Below are positions 23,443-29,199 of a DNA stretch of 46,043 bases, in pieces (positions within the stretch are counted from its first letter, which is position 1; each line of letters opens with the position of its first letter). Source of the DNA: a virus. A program made the translations under genes and the position numbers. The notes under the pieces are model-generated. The model was not told the DNA's origin. It saw nothing but the letters and a program-made list of their open reading frames with translations, and did no database searches. The stretch is taken from the IMG/VR virus record IMGVR_UViG_3300025669_000006. The stretch is one strand, 5' to 3'.

Positions 23443-24509
23443 GAGGACATAAGCCTTTCCGACACGTCTCCAATGAACTCCATGAACCCTTCCTCGAATT
23501 CGGCTCCGCTACACTTCCAGAGCCGCTGCGATGTCACGCGCTGAAACGCACCCATGATATTCACCTCTTCCAGTCCGACTGCCAGCGCGATCCGATGCAA
23601 TACCATGAAGCATTGGGCTCTATACTCTTCCGTGCCGGCCATGCGCGCAAGCTGAGAATTTGGGCAGGTTGAGCCGTCCGGGGCGTCTTCCGGTTTACCG
23701 CCAAGCGTCTCCCGGAATTCCGTTATCATTTCCAGCATGTCCGTCTTGACTACGGCCCGCCAACGGGTCTCCCGGAACTCAGGCATTCTGGATCCCTGTA
23801 GTCCCTGCGTGGCGCGTTCTATTATTGCGCTTAGATCTTTGTCCATCTCGCCGAACTCCATGTGTACAGGCTCTGCCTCCGGCTCCATGCGTTGTCGCCC
23901 GTTCAGTGGCACATCTTGAGTTGGTGTGGCGCTAGGTGTGGTGCCTGCGGCCTCCTGCGGACGTTTGTGGGCCGGTATGCCTTCGGTTTTATGCCGCTCC
24001 GGGTCTTCGCCCGTCGCCAAGCACATGACTCCATGGCGAAGCAACTCCTTAAACGCGTATGTCTCCGCCATCCCGATGGACTTGTCTCCGCGATCCAGTC
24101 CATGCCCGAAAGCCACACATTCAATGAAATCTTCCGGTTTGTCGATATTGACGAAGCGACCTTGTGTCTTGACTACTGTATACACGAGCGCTGAATCCGG
24201 CTTCTTTGGGTTGGCGATGTGTTCCGACTCTGCGCCCAGAACCGAAGCGACGAAGATAACGCCTTCCCTGAGTAGTGCAGGCCGCACAGCCAATATAATG
24301 TCTTCTTCCGACGCGTATTTGTAGCTGTAACCTTGTTGCTCCTTTAGTACGTGCGTGACAGTGCCCATAGCAGCGGCAACGCGCTGATATACGTTGCGAT
24401 CATCCGCTGGCGCGGTGCGTGACTTCGGCTTAGGCGCTTGCTTCGCAGGAGCGCCCCCTGATGCTTTCGTGCGCCGAACCGGCGCTTTGCTTGGATCGAT
24501 CTTTGCCAT
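23439..24509 (-). CDS. erf: ERF-family single-strand annealing protein
   Basis: YSYKYASEEDIILAVRPALLREGV and GLDRGDKSIGMAETYAFKELL are typical ERF motifs. The C-terminal half is variable. Confidence 0.75.
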   Translation of the reverse strand: MAKIDPSKAPVRRTKASGGAPAKQAPKPKSRTAPADDRNVYQRVAAAMGTVTHVLKEQQGYSYKYASEEDIILAVRPALLREGVIFVASVLGAESEHIANPKKPDSALVYTVVKTQGRFVNIDKPEDFIECVAFGHGLDRGDKSIGMAETYAFKELLRHGVMCLATGEDPERHKTEGIPAHKRPQEAAGTTPSATPTQDVPLNGRQRMEPEAEPVHMEFGEMDKDLSAIIERATQGLQGSRMPEFRETRWRAVVKTDMLEMITEFRETLGGKPEDAPDGSTCPNSQLARMAGTEEYRAQCFMVLHRIALAVGLEEVNIMGAFQRVTSQRLWKCSGAEFEEGFMEFIGDVSERLMSS

Positions 24510-24577
24510 TTTGCTTGTCTCCTTGTTGCTTGCCTCTTTCGTCTATCGACGCCCTGTCTATGTGAGATGATTGGGGT

Positions 24578-24754
24578 TAGCTAATGCAATATTCCCAAAC
24601 GATGAACTTGCCGCTTGCTGTACGTGCCCTGCGGAGGGCTTTGCCTGCCTTAAAAAGTGGGAGCCAATCTGTGTACTTTCCGCCGTTGTTTACGTGCTCG
24701 CTCGGAGTCACCCACGTTGTCCCGTCCAATTTGTCGCCTAGTGTTCTTTGCATG
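24578..24754 (-). CDS. Small ORF (58 aa), below the track cut-off
   Basis: My translation: MQRTLGDKLDGTTWVTPSEHVNNGGKYTDWLPLFKAGKALRRARTASGKFIVWEYCIS. GGGAGAGAG upstream. It fills an otherwise empty 285-nt gap. Confidence 0.35.
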
Positions 24755-24772
24755 TCTCTCTCCCTGTTGCAC

Positions 24773-24788
24773 AGGGCCGAAGCCCTGC
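24773..24788 (-). other. Stable UUCG-tetraloop hairpin between two genes
   Basis: Minus strand reads CAGGGC-UUCG-GCCCUG, with no U-tract. Likely an mRNA structure or stability element, not a terminator. Confidence 0.4.
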
Positions 24789-24795
24789 GTTGTGT

Positions 24796-25182
24796 TTAGA
24801 ATTCGCGGTTACTGAGGCAAAGCCGCACATCGCCCAAGTCAACTACGAGCACATCCTGGCGTTGCTGCCCGACGGCCCGTTGCACGTTCGCGAAACGAAC
24901 CGCGCTGAAACCGTTGCATTTGGTTACGTCCGCATCGATTGTTCCCTCGGTCCAATCGGTGATGCGGGCCTGACGAATCGAATCGAGCGAGTCATGTGTG
25001 ATTGATACATGTGAGTCGAAGTCCGCTTCGCCCGCATCGTCGAGGTCATAAGTTTGGAGCAAGCATCCGGCTTGTAAAAGTGTGGTCCAGCAGTCGGCTG
25101 GAAGTGACTCGATTGCGGCTGCACTTGAGTCTGATACGTACATCAAGCACTCTGTGTCCATCGCGCTGATATTGATTTTCAT
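24796..25182 (-). CDS. Acidic early protein (128 aa), first gene after early promoter 2
   Basis: By my count about 21 D/E versus 9 K/R (for example YDLDDAGEADFD, TDWTEGTIDAD). Conserved leader precedes the ATG. Confidence 0.6.
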   Translation of the reverse strand: MKINISAMDTECLMYVSDSSAAAIESLPADCWTTLLQAGCLLQTYDLDDAGEADFDSHVSITHDSLDSIRQARITDWTEGTIDADVTKCNGFSAVRFANVQRAVGQQRQDVLVVDLGDVRLCLSNREF

Positions 25183-25275
25183 TTGCTTGTCTCCTTGGTT
25201 GCTTGCCTTGTTTCAAATCTAATAGAATCATACGCGAAAATCGAACAGAAGTCAAGCGATTTTCAAACATAATTT
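25183..25275 (-). repeat. Promoter-plus-leader cassette, copy 2 (about 90% identical to 27810-27901)
   Basis: Read directly. The shared string runs from the UP-like tract through -35, spacer, -10 and 5-prime UTR (attagatttgaaacaaggcaagcaac.aaggagacaagca) to the ATG. Confidence 0.9.
25227..25255 (-). promoter_or_regulatory. Early sigma70-like promoter 2
   Basis: Minus strand reads TTGACT (25255-25250), a 17-nt spacer, then TATGAT (25232-25227). AT-rich aaattatgtttgaaaatcgc lies upstream. Confidence 0.7.
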
Positions 25276-25534
25276 ATCCCGACATGATGGCTAAAACCTC
25301 TATCCTTCGCCTGTCAGGATACGTGTAGATCGCCACCGGCTTCCCGTCTTCGCAATGATCCCATGTCTCTACGCCGCCCCGGTCTTCGGTCTGGAAGTCA
25401 CACCACTCCTCGTACTGCGCCGCCTCGCCTGGAACGTCGGCGACACGGAAGACGCATTCGCACGAGATGGTGTCTGGATCTTTGAGGTCGTAGTAGGACA
25501 GTGCCAGGTACTCTCGCAGCGCTTGCTCGCTCAT
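25274..25534 (-). CDS. Hypothetical protein (86 aa)
   Basis: Start at ATG 25534 in an ATGA overlap with the Dam-like stop. The track's longer version overlaps Dam. Confidence 0.5.
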   Translation of the reverse strand: MSEQALREYLALSYYDLKDPDTISCECVFRVADVPGEAAQYEEWCDFQTEDRGGVETWDHCEDGKPVAIYTYPDRRRIEVLAIMSG

Positions 25535-26154
25535 ATAACAACCCCCTCTTTCCACTTCCACAGCCGCGTGACGGCTGGTGCGTCCCAGTCCTTCTTTGGC
25601 CCGTAGTGGTATGAGCAGCCTTCTCTGTTGTTTCCGGTCTGCTTGATGCCGTGCGCATTCCAATATTCTAGCAGCTCCGTGGGCGGGATGTACTCTGGCC
25701 GGGGTCTCATCTTCCGATGTTCCGATGCGTTGATGTACGCGTATTCATACCACTCCTGCGAAGCCCCCACGAGCCCTAGCACCACGACGGTAGTGCCGAG
25801 TTCTCTGGCGGTCCGCGCTGCGCGAATGTGCCACGGCATAGGATCTGAGAAGCCTGGATTGCAGAAGCAATTCAAAGGCGGGCCTATGGCACTTCCTGCC
25901 ATGCCGTTCGCTGGAATGTCGTTCCCCCACACATCTAGATCCAGCGCGTTGGTTGCCAACCGAGATCCTGGGCCGTAGAAGTAGGGACATTTCTTGTTGG
26001 TTGCGTTCGCCGAAACGTCGAGTCCGAAGTGAACCTCATTGTCGAGCTGGCGGAAGATTTCGGGCGGCGTCTCCCACTCTTGGCGCAACGCCTTGGTTGA
26101 ATACACGATCCCGTCGAGCATGAATTCGTCCGGGTTGGGCTTCGTGTTACTCAT
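25531..26154 (-). CDS. dam: Phage Dam-type DNA N6-adenine methyltransferase with a variant catalytic motif (NPGF)
   Basis: QEWETPPEIFRQLDNEVHFGLDVSANATNKKCPYF matches the phage N6A-MTase family start (W.TP..lf..l...f.f.lD.aa...N). The catalytic tetrad reads CNPGFS instead of NPPY/F. Confidence 0.7.
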   Translation of the reverse strand: MSNTKPNPDEFMLDGIVYSTKALRQEWETPPEIFRQLDNEVHFGLDVSANATNKKCPYFYGPGSRLATNALDLDVWGNDIPANGMAGSAIGPPLNCFCNPGFSDPMPWHIRAARTARELGTTVVVLGLVGASQEWYEYAYINASEHRKMRPRPEYIPPTELLEYWNAHGIKQTGNNREGCSYHYGPKKDWDAPAVTRLWKWKEGVVI

Positions 26155-26477
26155 TGTCTGCGTCCTTCGTTTGGGCGGAAGGCTCTTTCGTCCGGGTTGA
26201 TCATCGAGGGCGATTCTGGCGTCCGCTGCGCGTCTAGATTTCTGAGCAATTCATCGTGTCGATACTGACACATTCCTATCGAATTCGCAAAAGGGGAGGG
26301 TGTGTCTGGGATAGGGCTGGAAGACCAGAGGGAATTCAAAAACCCTCCCCAAATCATTCCACCCGCAAAGAACAATGCACAGATCAGACATACAAACCCG
26401 GCTGAAACCTTGACCTTCTTCATCTTTTCGATTCCTTCTTCTATTTTGGTTCGTTGTGTTCGCGTGACGCCACTCAT
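26151..26477 (-). CDS. Small membrane protein (108 aa or shorter)
   Basis: TM segment VSAGFVCLICALFFAGGMIWGGF. A likely internal start is MKKVKV. Confidence 0.5.
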   Translation of the reverse strand: MSGVTRTQRTKIEEGIEKMKKVKVSAGFVCLICALFFAGGMIWGGFLNSLWSSSPIPDTPSPFANSIGMCQYRHDELLRNLDAQRTPESPSMINPDERAFRPNEGRRQ

Positions 26478-26488
26478 GAATTTCTCTT

Positions 26489-26860
26489 TTATGCGTCCTC
26501 CTCCAGGCCGCCCGGGAGAAGCGCCTTGACAAGAAACTGATCAACCATTTCGCCCTCCATTGCGCCCTTCCAAAAAAGAGGAATGCGTAGGTTCTTTGCT
26601 TCCCGAATGCGATGCCTCAGCATGACCCCTTCTTCGAGCAGCGTTTCCGCGCGCTCTCCAGGGATCGTGTGCAGAGTCTTTCTACATCCTGGCTTGTCTG
26701 CGAAGGGGGCCGACTTATCGACGACCGCGTGCGTGAACAGAAGCGATGTTTGTATTCGTCCTTCCGTTGTCGTCTCCACCTCTATAACGATTCTGGTCTC
26801 TCTTTTTTCATCGCCCTGTATGCTGATGCACAGCTCTCTTCGGTACAGCTTTTTCGCCAT
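26489..26860 (-). CDS. Hypothetical protein (123 aa)
   Basis: Start at ATG 26860, preceded by the conserved leader (ggcaagcaaaaaggagacaagcacc). Confidence 0.55.
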   Translation of the reverse strand: MAKKLYRRELCISIQGDEKRETRIVIEVETTTEGRIQTSLLFTHAVVDKSAPFADKPGCRKTLHTIPGERAETLLEEGVMLRHRIREAKNLRIPLFWKGAMEGEMVDQFLVKALLPGGLEEDA

Positions 26861-26895
26861 GGTGCTTGTCTCCTTTTTGCTTGCCCTCACCTCGC

Positions 26896-27042
26896 CTAAC
26901 ACATGCCCCAAAGCAGCAGAAGTCCGATTCCGAACACACAGGCTAGGATCGCGATCTGCCCGAGCCCGATCAGTGTTTCTGCGACTGCGTTCACCACATC
27001 AAGCGCGCCTGGGCTGCTTTTATGCTTCTGCTCCATGTCCAT
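26896..27042 (-). CDS. Tiny membrane protein (46-48 aa), below the track cut-off
   Basis: My translation: M(DM)EQKHKSSPGALDVVNAVAETLIGLGQIAILACVFGIGLLLLWGMC. GAGGAG lies 7 nt before the second ATG (27036). Confidence 0.35.
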   Translation of the reverse strand: MDMEQKHKSSPGALDVVNAVAETLIGLGQIAILACVFGIGLLLLWGMC

Positions 27043-27086
27043 GCTCCTCTTTGCTTCGGTTGGTTTTTCGTTTCTCGCGACTCAAT

Positions 27087-27809
27087 TTACCATTGGCGCC
27101 CTCCTGCGGTTGCCACGGCACTTAGCGCCTCCTTCCACTGTGCCAAGAAGTCTAGCGCGTGATCGTCCATTCCCTCAATTTCATCCTCGCTCAACGCGGC
27201 CCACTCGGAAAGCGCATGAAGCTCGCACCCGATTTCCATGTGATCATCTAAAATCATGACCGGCCATCGGAGGCCGTACACGAATATGGGCTGGCGCTCC
27301 ATTGTGGCGTCGCCATACGTAGCGCCCGTGAGGACGGCGCCCGTGAGGTCGGCGCCCGTGAGGACTGCGCCCGTGAGGTCGGCGTCCCTGAGGTCGGCGT
27401 GCGTGAGGACTGCGCCCGTGAGGACTGCGCCCGTGAGGTCGGCGCCCGTGAGGTCGGCGTCCCTGAGGACGGTGTGCGTGAGGACTGCGCCCCTAAGGAC
27501 TGCGCCTCTGAGGACTGCGCCCGCGAGGTCGGTGCGCGTGAGGACTGCGTCCCTGAGGACTGCGCCCGCGAGGACTGCGTCCCTGAGGTCGGCGCCCGTG
27601 AGGTCGGCGTGCGTGAGGTCGGCGTCCCTGAGGTCGGCGTGCGTGAGGACGGCGCCCCTGAGGTCGGCGCCCGTGAGGTCGGCGTGCGTGAGGTCGGCGT
27701 CCCTGAGGACTGCGCGTGCCTTACCAGCCTCTTCGACTACTTCTCGCACTGTGTTTGCTGTTTCTGATGAGAATAAAACGCCTCCATCTAGCTTCCTGAT
27801 CTCTTTCAT
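27087..27809 (-). CDS. Pentapeptide-repeat protein (about 26 consecutive A(D/V)LXX units) with a globular C-terminal domain; first gene of early operon 1
   Basis: AVLRD ADLTH ADLTG ADLRG AVLTH ... is continuous for ~135 aa. Start at ATG 27809, preceded by the conserved leader. The track ORF extends to 27869, into the promoter. Confidence 0.9.
   Translation of the reverse strand: MKEIRKLDGGVLFSSETANTVREVVEEAGKARAVLRDADLTHADLTGADLRGAVLTHADLRDADLTHADLTGADLRDAVLAGAVLRDAVLTRTDLAGAVLRGAVLRGAVLTHTVLRDADLTGADLTGAVLTGAVLTHADLRDADLTGAVLTGADLTGAVLTGATYGDATMERQPIFVYGLRWPVMILDDHMEIGCELHALSEWAALSEDEIEGMDDHALDFLAQWKEALSAVATAGGRQW
27309..27713 (-). repeat. 15-bp-periodic coding repeat (pentapeptide repeat region)
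   Basis: Units such as gtgaggtcggcgccc and gtgaggactgcgccc are reiterated about 27 times. Confidence 0.9.
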
Positions 27810-27901
27810 GCTTGTCTCCTTTGTTGCTTGCCTTGTTTCAAATCTAATGCAAGTATACTCGATAATCAAACAGAAGTCAAGCGATTTTCAAACATAATTT
27901 T
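27810..27901 (-). repeat. Promoter-plus-leader cassette, copy 1 (about 90% identical to 25183-25275)
   Basis: See copy 2. Confidence 0.9.
27852..27880 (-). promoter_or_regulatory. Early sigma70-like promoter 1
   Basis: Minus strand reads TTGACT (27880-27875), a 17-nt spacer, then TATACT (27857-27852). It has the same UP-like tract as promoter 2. Confidence 0.7.
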
Positions 27902-27919
27902 GACCCATTTCGCACGAAG

Positions 27920-27952
27920 AAGGCCGGGCGTCTTGTGTCACCGCCCGGCCTT
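27920..27952. other. GC-rich 11-bp hairpin without a U-tract, between the late terminator and early promoter 1
   Basis: aaggccgggcg (27920-27930), an 11-nt loop, then cgcccggcctt (27942-27952). Confidence 0.6.
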
Positions 27953-27986
27953 AGATTGCATACCCGCTGTTGACCGGGCTTGCTTC

Positions 27987-28029
27987 GGGAAAAAAGGGTG
28001 CCGCGCCTGGGTGAGGCGCCAGGCGCGGC
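27987..28029 (-). terminator. Rho-independent terminator closing the late (structural/lysis) operon
   Basis: Minus strand reads GCCGCGCCTGG, an 8-nt loop, CCAGGCGCGGC, then acccTTTTTTccc. It lies 44 nt after the stop of 28073..28405. Confidence 0.75.
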
Positions 28030-28072
28030 GTGGCTGGTGAGGCCACTATTGCCGATGGGGGGACGGCAAGGG

Positions 28073-28405
28073 CTATGGTATAGGCGCTATCGTGGCGGTG
28101 TACGCCTTCAGCGCCTCTAGCAGCGTCTTGAATAGTAGATTGACGGTTTCGAGCGCATCGGTGCTGTCTGAGTTCAGGCTGTCCCCGCCCACGGTCCACT
28201 TGCCGGGGCCTTCACCTGTCCATTCGTAGGACGCGGACGACGTAGCCAGCTCCCGTTTTGCAAAGAGCACGAACTCGCTCATTGTCATGGTGGCGGGGTT
28301 TATGCCTTCCGCCGCTTCGTCCGTGAACCTGTACTCGTAGGTTGCGCAGCCTGTGAGCGCTTGTAAGAGCGCCAAGGCCAATATGCCTGTGAGTATCCTA
28401 TTCAT
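28073..28405 (-). CDS. Lipoprotein (110 aa), last gene of the late operon (o-spanin-like or exclusion lipoprotein)
   Basis: MNRILTGILALALLQALTG|C has a lipobox LTGC. ATG 28405 is in an ATGA overlap with the upstream stop. Confidence 0.65.
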   Translation of the reverse strand: MNRILTGILALALLQALTGCATYEYRFTDEAAEGINPATMTMSEFVLFAKRELATSSASYEWTGEGPGKWTVGGDSLNSDSTDALETVNLLFKTLLEALKAYTATIAPIP

Positions 28406-28797
28406 GGCCGTTTGCTCCTCTTTGGTACCGCAGCCTTCGCTCTGGCGCCCTTTTCTTCCGTTTCTGCGGCTTGCCCTTTCGCACCATCGGCGATTGAGCC
28501 CAGGCTCTTGATGGATTCGGCTTTCAGTACGGTCCGCGACTTCATGTATCCAAGTCGCACCATAACGCTCTGGGTTGCGCCCACGACTATCAGGACTATG
28601 CCCAGAATCACACCCACGGGCGATTCCTCGGGCAATGCTCCAATGGCCGACGGAAGCACCATTGCGAGCGTTCCGAGCGCTGAGCAAATGCCCGCGATTA
28701 TGTCGGCACGCCCTACTTGCTTATATTCCGTGGTTTCCGCCCCGGGCGTAACGCCAGGCGCGACTTCCGGCTTCACCTGTATGTCTCCGCTCTCCAT
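28402..28797 (-). CDS. Holin-like two-TM protein (131 aa)
   Basis: TM1 IIAGICSALGTLAMVLPSAIGAL and TM2 VGVILGIVLIVVGATQSVMV, followed by a charged K/R/E tail. Call rests on position in the lysis-like cassette. Confidence 0.45.
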   Translation of the reverse strand: MESGDIQVKPEVAPGVTPGAETTEYKQVGRADIIAGICSALGTLAMVLPSAIGALPEESPVGVILGIVLIVVGATQSVMVRLGYMKSRTVLKAESIKSLGSIADGAKGQAAETEEKGARAKAAVPKRSKRP

Positions 28798-28830
28798 ACT
28801 TCCTCCTTTGTTCCACGTGGAACATCCTCG

Positions 28831-29166
28831 TTAGAATCCCACAAATACCTTCAATCCGAGGATAGCGGCCAAGGCAGTGAACAGCCCCATCACCGCGCTG
28901 GACGCGACCTTCGTCGCTACGCCGACATAGACTTTTCGCTTGTCATCAATTTCCTCAAGCCGCTGCTCATAATCGAATGCCTTGGATCGCAAGACCATTG
29001 CCGTTCCGGCAGAGTTCGCGAAGTTTGCGCGCACCATGCACGGGTGCGCCCCGCAATCGGGGTGACCCTTCGCCTCTCCCAGTTCGTTGGCTGTTTCGTC
29101 GATGCGATCCGCGCTATGGTTACAACTATCGCGCATCTGCTTCAGTGCGCTCTGTCCTTCAGGCAT
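28831..29166 (-). CDS. C-terminally anchored membrane protein (111 aa), lysis cassette by position
   Basis: C-terminal TM VASSAVMGLFTALAAILGLKVFVGF. The N-terminal part is soluble. Confidence 0.45.
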   Translation of the reverse strand: MPEGQSALKQMRDSCNHSADRIDETANELGEAKGHPDCGAHPCMVRANFANSAGTAMVLRSKAFDYEQRLEEIDDKRKVYVGVATKVASSAVMGLFTALAAILGLKVFVGF

Positions 29167-29199
29167 GCTTATCTCCGAGTATTGGGTTCTTGTCGTTGC

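Noticed and set aside
27309-27713. Regular short-period DNA repeats (15-bp period here, 60-bp period at 45541-45810) that could be mistaken for a CRISPR array.
   Set aside because: There is no repeat-spacer alternation. Both lie inside long ORFs and translate into pentapeptide repeats and a 20-aa protein repeat respectively. No cas genes are present.
28073-28687. 204-aa version of the last late ORF.
   Set aside because: Its first 94 residues are R/G/S-rich and fully overlap the holin-like gene. The internal ATG 28405 gives a textbook lipoprotein signal (lipobox LTGC) with ATGA coupling.
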